Shown here piece after piece: positions 47,160-56,700 of a stretch of DNA of 64,000 nt. The translations under genes were made by a program, and so were the position numbers. Location of the stretch: contig JAFVRJ010000007.1 in assembly GCA_017504305.1 (NCBI GenBank), positions 64,774 through 128,773 of the forward strand. Direction: 5' to 3'. This DNA comes from Clostridia bacterium. Its GTDB lineage: Bacteria; Bacillota; Clostridia; Christensenellales; DTU072. Under the pieces are notes generated by a model. That model searched no databases. It was not told the DNA's origin and saw nothing but the letters and a program-made list of their open reading frames with translations. Every line of letters starts with the position of its first letter. The first letter of the stretch is position 1.

Positions 47160-49745
47160 ATGAAGAAGTTTCTAATTGGAGTAATATTTTTGATACCGAT
47201 AGTGGTTGTAATATCGTTAAGTGCGACAGGTACTATCATAGGCTTGACGACTACGCCCAACCCATCAGAAATTATTATTAAAAATTCCGATAACGAAGTA
47301 ATTACTAAAGATTCCGAGCCAATCCGCGTTGATTATCGCGATGACAGCGATTTTTTAATCATAGACGTTTTGCCCACCATCGTTAAGGACGAAAATAAAG
47401 CGATTGAGTGGGAGGTCGTAGCAGAAGAAAGCGACGGCGATGCAGCGCTTGAGCTTATGGGCGAACTGGGTAAAAGTAATAGGTATAGAATTATTCCTAA
47501 AAAAATCGGTGCGGTTAAGTTCATAATCAACCCCGAAGCAAACGCAAATATTTATCAAGAAATAACCATTTACGTTACTTCCGATAGTATCGAGAGTATC
47601 AAAATATACAACGAAGAGGGTAACGACGTCGGTCAGTTTTACGACGTAAGTAAAAACGAAAGATTTTTTGTAGACATTTATCCGATAGACGCCTTATACG
47701 GCAACGAAATTACTTGGACTTGTATTCCCACCGAAGTGGCGGAAATCACCCAAAACGGTTTGCTTATGGTCAAAGATCACGGCGACTGTCGTGTTAGAGC
47801 GACTGCGACCGATAAAGACGGCAATACCGTTTATGCGGAAGTAGACGTTAATACTCGTAACGCTATAGCATCGTCTAACGTCGTTTATACTACGTTAGAG
47901 GTCGTAGACGAGGCGTGGGTGCTTGAAAACGTTGCGCTGAGTGCAACCGATACCGAAATAGAAAACGCTTCCGAAAACCGCTTTAAATTGATTAGAGACG
48001 GTAAAGAGATGGTAGTAGAGGTCGTAACGGTTGAAGATGAAATCGGCTTTATCGATCTTCCAGAAGTCGTATATACCCGCAACGGCGGATATTTACCTAC
48101 CATAGGTAACGTGGTTACCGGAGAGGTTATCGAAGGCGCGTTAATAGAAGTAAGCGATGCAACCACCCTTCAAATTGAAGAAGTAACCGGTCTATTGGTA
48201 CCGCAAAAAGCCGGTGAAGTAACGGTAAAGGCAACTATAGGTGGAACTCAAATCGAAAAGGTAATAACGGTAAGAGAAAACCCGATAGCCTTCGAGCTTG
48301 ATTTATCCGTTGCGGACGGCAAACTCGGTATTCAGCTTACCCGTACTTGGGGACAGTTTTGGCTTGATGAAAGCGGTAACCTAACGCGTGATTACACCTT
48401 TGGACTTTACGACGATAACAATAGGTTCGACGTAGAGTGGGCGTTAGATAACCCCGACTATGCAACGTTGACCCCTGGTGAAGGACAAAACGTAGTAATG
48501 AATTTTACCGATGCCGTTCGCGGTAACTCGGTAACGCTTACTGCATATCTCAAGATAAACAATCGCCTTGTAGATCGCGTAAAACGCAGCTTTACGTTTA
48601 ACGTTAAAGAAAAGGACGCCGTAAACGTTTATAGTTGGCAACAATTTAGGCGAGTAGTAGATCTTCGTCGTTACGACATAGTAATGCAAAGTAACGTTAT
48701 CTGCACTGAGGATACGGGTATATCCAGTAGCGTTTTTGGCAATGGTTTTGCTATTGACTGCAGTAGCTACCCCTTGGATACCAGCGACTTCCAAACTTTT
48801 GCATTGAATCCGCGTTGGTCAGGCGGCGGACATTACGAGTGGCAAGAAACCGGCACCGGCACTATGGTGTTTGAAGACATTGTTGCAATCGGCTCTACCG
48901 CTTATCATGGCGTTAGTGACTATGTATTTGGCTTTGTTGATTGCTATTGGATGTCGTCTCCCATTGCGTTTAGATACTGTCAAATTTCCGGTTTTAACGA
49001 AGGAATCCATTTGCATAACTGCATCGAAACCACCGTTGAAGGCTGTATTATTGGTGACAATATCAATTGTGGTATCGACGTACGCTGTGAGCCCGGTCGT
49101 GCCGAACACATCGTACTCAATTTGAAAAACAACGTATTTAAGAACTCCGGAGGCGCAAGCGTTCAACTTGTTACCAGTTTGTTCGATGGTAGGATAGCGG
49201 GTAAAACCATGGATGTGGAAATTAACGTCGAAGGTATCATGGACGTATATAACTGGAAGGAGCGTTCGGAGTTCGGTGGAGTATTTGCAAATACCGTATT
49301 GGGTCTTGTCGGTAACGATATCGCATCGGGTGCATTGCGTGAACTTATGGCAGACGCCGTAGCGGGCGTTATCGAAAGCTTTATCTTTAACGAGGGCTAT
49401 AACCACTTATTCTATAAGTACGCCGGCAAAGAGTACGCAAGTTTAGGTATTTTCGGCGTAGGTCTTATAGCAAAGGCTGACGTTAACAAGGTTACCATGA
49501 ACACGGAATCGGATTTTGCTAAATTCGCTGTCCCGCTTGTTGACGAAAACGGCAACCCCGCAGGTAGTTTAGGTTCGGTAGAAAGCTTAATCGAGATGAT
49601 AATACACCAATCGGGCTTCTCTATCACCAACGAGTGCTTCCTTGTTTGTCCCGACTTCGTAACGGCAGAGCCCAAAATTAAACCCGGCGATCCCGTTCCT
49701 AACAGCAAAGAACTTTACGCTCAACTTCAAGGCGTAATCGCATAA
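47160..49745 (+). CDS. N-terminally anchored envelope protein, paralog 2 (861 aa), with the same architecture as 44448-47126.
   Basis: N-terminus MKKFLIGVIFLIPIVVVISLSA. ITWTCIPTEVAEITQNGLLMVKDHGDCRVRATATDKDGNTVYAEV. NEGIHLHNCIETTVEGCIIGDNINCGIDV...LKNNVFKNSGGASVQL. The C-terminal PGDPVPNSKELY motif is shared with paralog 1. Confidence 0.8.
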   Translation: MKKFLIGVIFLIPIVVVISLSATGTIIGLTTTPNPSEIIIKNSDNEVITKDSEPIRVDYRDDSDFLIIDVLPTIVKDENKAIEWEVVAEESDGDAALELMGELGKSNRYRIIPKKIGAVKFIINPEANANIYQEITIYVTSDSIESIKIYNEEGNDVGQFYDVSKNERFFVDIYPIDALYGNEITWTCIPTEVAEITQNGLLMVKDHGDCRVRATATDKDGNTVYAEVDVNTRNAIASSNVVYTTLEVVDEAWVLENVALSATDTEIENASENRFKLIRDGKEMVVEVVTVEDEIGFIDLPEVVYTRNGGYLPTIGNVVTGEVIEGALIEVSDATTLQIEEVTGLLVPQKAGEVTVKATIGGTQIEKVITVRENPIAFELDLSVADGKLGIQLTRTWGQFWLDESGNLTRDYTFGLYDDNNRFDVEWALDNPDYATLTPGEGQNVVMNFTDAVRGNSVTLTAYLKINNRLVDRVKRSFTFNVKEKDAVNVYSWQQFRRVVDLRRYDIVMQSNVICTEDTGISSSVFGNGFAIDCSSYPLDTSDFQTFALNPRWSGGGHYEWQETGTGTMVFEDIVAIGSTAYHGVSDYVFGFVDCYWMSSPIAFRYCQISGFNEGIHLHNCIETTVEGCIIGDNINCGIDVRCEPGRAEHIVLNLKNNVFKNSGGASVQLVTSLFDGRIAGKTMDVEINVEGIMDVYNWKERSEFGGVFANTVLGLVGNDIASGALRELMADAVAGVIESFIFNEGYNHLFYKYAGKEYASLGIFGVGLIAKADVNKVTMNTESDFAKFAVPLVDENGNPAGSLGSVESLIEMIIHQSGFSITNECFLVCPDFVTAEPKIKPGDPVPNSKELYAQLQGVIA

Positions 49746-49822
49746 AAGTAATAGTTTGTCAATTGACAAAAGACTGTAATTATGCAATAATTAGCTATAT
49801 TTAAGCCATTAAGGAGGATATT

Positions 49823-50839
49823 ATGGCACAACCTTCTCACCCCGGTTGTCTTAAGGGATGTATCATTACCCCGATTATAACCCTTGTAGTTATTATACTC
49901 ATCGCCGTTATAGGCGTAACCGTAGTCTTAAATATGACTCCCGAAAAACTCGGTATCGCAGATATGGAGTTATTCGATGGTGAAACGCTACGTAGTTTAG
50001 GACTTGCCGAAGTCAAGATCAAGGAAGTCTTTAATCTTTTGAAATCCATTATGGACGAGCCTGACGAAGCTACCATCGTTACCAATAAGTTCGATGAGCA
50101 GGCGGAGCAAAGCACCACCAATAACGCAGTTAGCGGTAGCAATATCGTTAAAGAGGATGGTAGTATCGATTACGTTGCAATGCTCGAAAACAAGGTTGTT
50201 TATACCGAAGAAAAGCTTATTACATACAACGATACCACCCTTGCTTACATATTCAACCAAATGATAGCCGACGGCTCTGCCGACTCTGAAGAAGCCATCA
50301 AGTTCATCAAAGAGCTTAATGCGGTTATCAACGAGGTTTCCATCATCAAGGCAGGGGATGCTACCACTTTGCGTATAGTTGCATCCATTTCCACCGGCTC
50401 TATCGCCGAAGAGGTAAATGCGACCTTGAAAGAAAGCGGTGCGGGATTTGTTGCAAATATGTTCAAACTCCCCGAAAAAATCTATCTTGTAAGCTACCTA
50501 AACTTAAGCGCTAACGAGCAAGGCGAGCTTGTAACTTCCTCTCAAAGCATTAAGATTAACGACACTGATAATGCAGTAAGTGAAGCAATCTTCAAGGTTC
50601 TTTCAAAGAAAGCTGAAGAAGTAGCAGAAGATGAAGGACAAGAAGTTAATACCGATCGCAACGTAGTTAATGCAAAGATTGGCGAAGCATTTGTTGCCAT
50701 CGTTAAGAATCTCGGCAAGGTCGGTACCGCTCAAACCGTTGAAGGTAGCGACGTAGTAGTTAACGGCACCGTAGCCCTTGGCAACGGCGGTATCTACAAC
50801 GGCTACTTAACTCTTATTACTTATACCGTAAATGAATAA
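49823..50839 (+). CDS. N-terminally anchored hypothetical envelope protein (338 aa).
   Basis: AAGGAGG RBS. A single TM segment (IITPIITLVVIILIAVIGVTVVL) is followed by an acidic, Ala/Val/Glu-rich soluble region. No motif recognised. Confidence 0.65.
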   Translation: MAQPSHPGCLKGCIITPIITLVVIILIAVIGVTVVLNMTPEKLGIADMELFDGETLRSLGLAEVKIKEVFNLLKSIMDEPDEATIVTNKFDEQAEQSTTNNAVSGSNIVKEDGSIDYVAMLENKVVYTEEKLITYNDTTLAYIFNQMIADGSADSEEAIKFIKELNAVINEVSIIKAGDATTLRIVASISTGSIAEEVNATLKESGAGFVANMFKLPEKIYLVSYLNLSANEQGELVTSSQSIKINDTDNAVSEAIFKVLSKKAEEVAEDEGQEVNTDRNVVNAKIGEAFVAIVKNLGKVGTAQTVEGSDVVVNGTVALGNGGIYNGYLTLITYTVNE

Positions 50840-51521
50840 TATTAAAACAATCGGATTATTAGTCGCTATGGAAAAAGAAGCCCTCGGAATACTCGAGGGC
50901 ATTTCCGATTTTAAAAAGGAAAGCTACCGTGGTAAAGATTTTTACGTTGGCACAAGGGGTAATAAGAACGTTGTTCTTGCCCTTGCAGGTATCGGTAAAG
51001 TTAACGCGGCGTATGCTACTACCGTTATGCTGGAGCGCTACTCCCCCGATTGCGTGATAAATACCGGTATAGCAGGGGGCGTGGGCAAATTAGAGCCCTT
51101 AACTGCGCTTGCCGTTAGCTCCGTATGTCAACATGATTCCGATACAACCGCCCTCGGCGATCCGATAGGACTCGTTAGCGGGCTAAATATCGTTTATTTC
51201 GATTGTGACGAGCAACTTTGCGAGTTGATTAAATCAAGCGCTAAAAATGCCGTTTCAGGGCGCGTAGCGACGGGTGATACCTTTATTGCAAGTACCGATA
51301 AGGCAAAAGAGATATCCAAGACCTTTGGTGCTATAGCTTGTGATATGGAGTGTTGTGCGTGTGCGCAAGTCTGTTATATAGCCAACGTTCCGTTTGGCGC
51401 ACTTAAGGTAATTAGCGATAGCGCCTCCGACGGAGCGGAAATGGATTATGCAACGCTCGCGGAAAAAGCCTGTGCTATTAATGCAAACACAATGCTCGCG
51501 TTAATTGACTCGATTGATTAA
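50832..51521 (+). CDS. mtnN: 5'-methylthioadenosine / S-adenosylhomocysteine nucleosidase.
   Basis: IGLLVAMEKEA, GIGKVNAAYATTVMLERYSPDCVINTGIAGG, ATGDTFIAS, ACDMECCA. 229 aa. The start overlaps the upstream gene by 8 nt. Confidence 0.9.
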   Translation: MNNIKTIGLLVAMEKEALGILEGISDFKKESYRGKDFYVGTRGNKNVVLALAGIGKVNAAYATTVMLERYSPDCVINTGIAGGVGKLEPLTALAVSSVCQHDSDTTALGDPIGLVSGLNIVYFDCDEQLCELIKSSAKNAVSGRVATGDTFIASTDKAKEISKTFGAIACDMECCACAQVCYIANVPFGALKVISDSASDGAEMDYATLAEKACAINANTMLALIDSID

Positions 51522-51545
51522 TTAATTCAAAACTCAATTAACTCA

Positions 51546-51575
51546 AAACCTCGACTATTTGTCGAGGTTTTTTAT
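51546..51575 (+). terminator. Intrinsic terminator after mtnN.
   Basis: aaacctcgac-tattt-gtcgaggttt followed by TTTAT. Confidence 0.8.
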
Positions 51576-51632
51576 TTACTAACGCACCATCGGTAAGAAC
51601 AAAGCATATATTAACCCATAAAGGGAGGAGTG

Positions 51633-53615
51633 ATGCATTTCGGAACCGATGGTATAAGGGGTAGAGCGGAGATATTTACTGACGACTATTTGGATAAGGT
51701 TGCGCAAGCAATAGTTTTTACCTATGGTAAAATAAGCGTTTTAACGGCGCGTGACACTCGTATTTCGGGTGAGCGAATAGAGTTAGCACTTGCAAAAGCT
51801 TTGAGCGTCTACGGGGTAGCTGTGACATCCATCGGCATAGCTCCAACGCCTACGCTTGCGTATCTTACAAAGGCTTATTCTTTCGACCTCGGCATAATGA
51901 TAAGCGCATCGCACAATCCTCCCGAATATAACGGCATCAAGCTATTTAATAACGACGGCGGTAAATTGAGTACCTTGCAAGAAGAAACTCTTGATAAATT
52001 GATTGATTCCGCTGTCAGTCTGCCTAAAGGCAAAGGCGGTGATTTAAAAAGACTTGACGTCGATAAATACGTAACTTATCTCAAAGAAATATTCGGTGGT
52101 AAACTGCGTGGTTTACGCGTTCTGCTTGATACCGCTAACGGCGCTACCTGTTCCCTTGCACCTAAAGTTTTTAGAGAGCTTGGTTGCAAGGTAACGGTAA
52201 TAAACGACGAGCAAGACGGCATTAACGTTAACGTTAAATGCGGAGCTACCGACTTGGATGCCGTGCTTAAAAGAGAAAAAGAAGGGGACTACGATATAGC
52301 GTTTGCTTTTGATGGCGATGGTGATAGGGTTATGACGTTACGTAAAGGGCGAGTTTTAGACGGCGATAGGATGCTTTACGTAATATCGAAATACCTTATA
52401 GAAAAGGGTGGCTTGGCGGTGCCGATAGTGGTAGGGACGGTCAATACCAACGTGGGATTGGAGCGTGCGTTGGAGGGTTTAGGCATAACTCTTGAGCGCA
52501 CATTGGTAGGTGATAAATTCGTTGCGGAACGCATGATAAATACCGGTGCAAGAATAGGTGGAGAAAGTAGCGGACACGTAATTTTGAGCGACTATAGTGC
52601 AACGGGTGACGGTATATTAACGGCGCTTTTTATGGCACTTATTGAAGCTGAACGCGGTATAGACGCGTTTGACGGCATGGTGGCTTATCCGACTTTTACC
52701 GACGAAGTTTACGCCGACGACGCCACTAAAAAGCGCTTTGCAAACGAGGATATGATTACCAATTACGTTAGCGCGTTGTGTAGCTCACAGGGCGTTAGGG
52801 CGGTTGTAAGAGCGAGCGGAACGGAGCCTAAAATACGTATCCTTGTCGAGGCCGAAACCTATGAAAAGGCACGGGAAAACTCCACTCTGATTAAGTGTTT
52901 TATAAAAGATGCTCTTGCACAAGATATGACAAAAAAGGAACATAAAACAAGATGTTTGGATACCCGAACTGCAATATACAAGGCAAAAAACATTGACAAG
53001 CTTATACAAAACGGCGTGACAGTTTTAGACCCGCATACCACGTACGTGGACGAGCGTGCGACTATTGGCGAGGGGAGTGTAATATACCCTATGTGTAGCG
53101 TGTTTGGCAATACCACAATAGGCAAAAACGTAACGCTCTACTCTTTTTGTGATTTGACCGATTGCGAGGTTGGTGATGGGGCGAGTTTGCGCTCGGTTTA
53201 CGCGATTGAAGCTATAGTCGGTGCGCGCAGTACGATAGGTCCGTTTACATGTCTGCGTAAAGGGGCGCGTATAGGCGAAGGATGTCGCGTAGGGGATTTT
53301 GTGGAAATTAAAAACTCCACTTTAGGCGATGGGGTTAAAGCTGCGCACCTTGCCTACGTCGGTGATGCGGAGGTCGGTGAAAGGACTAACGTAGGGTGTG
53401 GTACGGTGTTTGCTAATTATAATGGTAAAATCAAGCGAAAAAGCAAGGTCGGCAAAGGGGTTTTTATCGGTTGCAACACCAATTTAATCGCACCGGTTAC
53501 GTTGGGGGACGGCGTTTATATCGCAGGTGGTAGCACGGTGACGGGCGAAGTTGAGGATAACAAATTCGTAATTTCGCGCGTTGCTCAACAGGTCAAGGAA
53601 AGACGAAAAGAGTAA
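51633..53615 (+). CDS. glmM: Fusion protein: phosphoglucosamine mutase (GlmM) N-terminal ~435 aa plus a GlmU-type left-handed beta-helix GlcN-1-P N-acetyltransferase C-terminal ~200 aa.
   Basis: I prefer the ATG at 51633 after the GGGAGG RBS. The GTG at 51630 is too close to the RBS. GlmM motifs: FGTDGIRG, SASHNPPEYNGIK, FDGDGDR, GGESSGH, RASGTEPKIRILVEA. GlmU C-terminal motifs: IGPFTCLRKGARIGEG, VGDFVEIKNS, AAHLAYVGDAEVGERTNVGCGTVFANYNG, FIGCNTNLIAPVTLGDG. Confidence 0.88.
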   Translation: MHFGTDGIRGRAEIFTDDYLDKVAQAIVFTYGKISVLTARDTRISGERIELALAKALSVYGVAVTSIGIAPTPTLAYLTKAYSFDLGIMISASHNPPEYNGIKLFNNDGGKLSTLQEETLDKLIDSAVSLPKGKGGDLKRLDVDKYVTYLKEIFGGKLRGLRVLLDTANGATCSLAPKVFRELGCKVTVINDEQDGINVNVKCGATDLDAVLKREKEGDYDIAFAFDGDGDRVMTLRKGRVLDGDRMLYVISKYLIEKGGLAVPIVVGTVNTNVGLERALEGLGITLERTLVGDKFVAERMINTGARIGGESSGHVILSDYSATGDGILTALFMALIEAERGIDAFDGMVAYPTFTDEVYADDATKKRFANEDMITNYVSALCSSQGVRAVVRASGTEPKIRILVEAETYEKARENSTLIKCFIKDALAQDMTKKEHKTRCLDTRTAIYKAKNIDKLIQNGVTVLDPHTTYVDERATIGEGSVIYPMCSVFGNTTIGKNVTLYSFCDLTDCEVGDGASLRSVYAIEAIVGARSTIGPFTCLRKGARIGEGCRVGDFVEIKNSTLGDGVKAAHLAYVGDAEVGERTNVGCGTVFANYNGKIKRKSKVGKGVFIGCNTNLIAPVTLGDGVYIAGGSTVTGEVEDNKFVISRVAQQVKERRKE

Positions 53616-53640
53616 ATCGCCATCGCGTTCGTGCGTGTTT

Positions 53641-53704
53641 AAAGCGCGCTCGCGGTAATATTATAGTAAAATCTTGCGCGTCGCAATTGCGAGCGCGCTT
53701 TTTA
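53641..53704 (+). terminator. Intrinsic terminator after the GlmM fusion gene (long stem with a structured loop).
   Basis: aaagcgcgctcgc (53641-53653) pairs with gcgagcgcgcttt (53689-53701). A T-run follows. Confidence 0.7.
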
Positions 53705-53755
53705 TTATATATAATAGAGCCAAAATTTATCGACAAAATCCACGGAGACCGGATT

Positions 53756-56700
53756 ATGGCTAGATTAAGAGTTACAGGCAAACGTTTTTCAATTAACGGC
53801 ATGGTAGGCATTACCCTCATTGCCGTTCTTATCGTAGCAGTTGCGTTGGTAGTCGCATCTGCGGTACTTTTACCGCGCTTTGCGGAAACACCTGATAATG
53901 ACGGCGCACCACAAGTCGTCGCCATCGTCGCGCCCGATGATGGCTTAATTAGCGTAAACGCCGATTTATCTAAAGTTTTCGTAACCGTCAAGTATTCTGA
54001 CGGTTCTACCAGTCAAGTAGCACTTTCCGAGTTGGTCGTCACCGGTCTCGACACCTCTACGGAAGGTACTGTAGATAACGTAGTATTGGATTTTGGCGGA
54101 TATAAACAAACCACTTCTTTTAACGTTGTTCCCACCACGTTGTTAGTCGAGTACGTTGCTTCTACCGGCGGTCGTATAGACGGCGACACCACTCAAAACA
54201 TAACCGCAGGTGCTGATGCTACCCGCGTTGAAGCTATACCCGAAGAGGGCTATTACTTTGCAGGTTGGTCCGATGGTGGCGTAACCGCAAGCCGTCTTGA
54301 TACCAAAATCAGCAAATCCCAACGCCTTATCGCTGTATTTGAAAGGCTCCGTTACACCGTTATTTTCTATTATCCCGACGGCACTACCGCAAGAGAAGAA
54401 GAAGTATTCTACGGCGATGCTCCCACCCGTGTTCCTCGCGAAACCGAGCATAATATGCAACTTTACGGCTATAAGTTCTTCGCCTGGGACACCGATTACT
54501 CTTCCATTAAGCAAGATACCAATATCCATCCGATTTTCGTAAAGGATTCGGCAGATTTCTATCTCGAATATACTACTGATATCGAAGGCAAACCGCTTGG
54601 CACAAGCGATGCTTTGGCATATTACAAAAACGGCGAAGAAGCTATGGTTCGAGTAAGACCTAATCCGCAAAGAGTTTTCGTAGGTTGGTCGGTATACGAC
54701 GTTGACTTGCAATCTTGGATTAATATCGATCCCGTTATGCCCGAAGGATGTTTGATCCGCGTTGGCGTTAACTATGCGGTAAACTTCAAAGCCACTCAAA
54801 CGGGTACCGACGAGGAGTACGTTTTGGCTTTCACTCCCGACGAGAACGTTAAGGAAATTCACGTTAAAGCCCACTTCGTATATGAAAAGAGCACTATTTC
54901 CTTCACAAGCATGTCCGAAAAAGCTTTTGAGAGCAAGGAAATCGATTATAAAACGCCAATTGGATCGGTATTCGACGTTGAAGACTTGGATGCTTTGAGC
55001 ACTCACGGCTACGAGTTCAAAGGTTGGTATGCAAAGGGCGGAGCGGTCAACCCCGACGGCACTCCCGTTATTATCGACAACAACGCAACCTTCGGTCAAC
55101 CGACCGAGCTTGTTGCTTATTGGCAAAAGAGAATCTTTACCGTAGTCTTCTTGACCGGCGATAACGAAAACACAAGCTTTATCGCTCCCACCAATCCGTT
55201 AGACGTTTACGATGAGGAAGCGGGCGGAAGAATCGTTAAAGCATACTATCAAGATACCGTTGCAGGCGCTCTCGTAGGTAGATTCCCCGAGGAAGTTCCC
55301 TTCAAGACCAACTACACCTTCAAGGGCTGGTTCTTTGCAGACGAGGACGGCCTACCCACCAATATCGCGGTAGATAAAGCGTTTAAGCTCGAAAACGAAA
55401 TTAGCTATGCTATCCCCGTGTTCGAAGTTAATACTCAAAAGTTAACCGTTTCCATAATCGGTTCCGGTTCTATCTATACCTTGGTTTACGACGAGGAGTT
55501 CGACGTAGATAACGAAGTTGCAATTTCCTCTCAAATCAATATGCCGGTAGTAAACGACTATCGCATCCGCTTAAGAGCAAGCACCGGATACGCTTTAACT
55601 TCGGTTAGCGTAAACGGCAAAGTTACGACAGGGGAACTGGAAAATGCAGACGGCTATTACGATATTACCATCGGCGACGTAGCAAACGGCAAGATTATCG
55701 ATCAAGATTACTACGTGATAGCAACTTACGAGCTTGAAAAATTCTCCGTATCGGTTACTAACGGTACCGTTGCTTTAGAGCATACCGATCTTAACGATAG
55801 CGGTAATATCACTTACGGCATCGTTACTCATACCGATGCAACCACGGTAAACGACGCATCGTTTGCTTTCGACGTAAACTACGGCTCCAGCGTTCGCATC
55901 GAAATCACTCCCAAATACGGCCTATATATCAATTCCGTTGCTTGCGACGGCGCTCTCGTCAGCGTTCCTAACGAAGCAACTTACTACGAGTTGATAGTTC
56001 CCAGTGTAAAAGCCAACGTTGCAGTAGTCATCACCTACGCAGAGTTCGGTTACAGCGTAACTCTTCCCGAAGCGGAAGAAAACGGCAGTATTACTGCCGA
56101 TGCCGGCTTAAAGGAAGCTTACAGAGCGCAAGAAAGACCTACCTTTACCGCTGAAGCAAGCGAAGGCTATTACGTAAAACGTATTATCGCTAACGGCGTA
56201 GAAATCGATCCTTACCACAGCGTTCAAGGTTACGTTGTAAACGATATTAAGGTAAACGGCAAACAAGTTTTCGAAGGTAACGATTATCGTGTAACATATT
56301 TGAACTTTACTATCGACGGCTTCACTAAAAACGTACACGTATCCGTCGAGTACGCAAAACTTTATTACAACGTAGTCACTTCTTACGAAGGCGTCGGTAC
56401 CGTCGATAAGCCCTTCGTCGCATATTATGGCGAGTCCTATGACGTTAAGGCTCGTACTTCCGTAGGTAACTACGTTTATTCCGCAATCGTAACCGGCGGC
56501 AAGAACGAAAACGTCGTTTACGAGTCCAACGCTCTCGCTCGCGTTTACAGCATCACCGAAATTAAAGAGGACTTTAACGTTAAGTTCGTATTCAAGAAGG
56601 AATTGTTCTACGTTCACTTCGACGGCGACGGCTACGTAGACGTAACCTTCAACGGCGTTACCAAGAATATCAATGCTGACGAAGGCTATACCTTCAGCGA

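Noticed and set aside
54143-55126. A 327-aa minus-strand ORF, together with other long minus-strand ORFs at 56108-56830, 58016-58462, 59885-60211 and elsewhere in the last 10 kb.
   Set aside because: They lie antisense to the coherent plus-strand giant ORF (53756-64000). Their translations are low-complexity with no motifs, RBS or signal. They are typical shadow ORFs of a codon-biased repeat gene.
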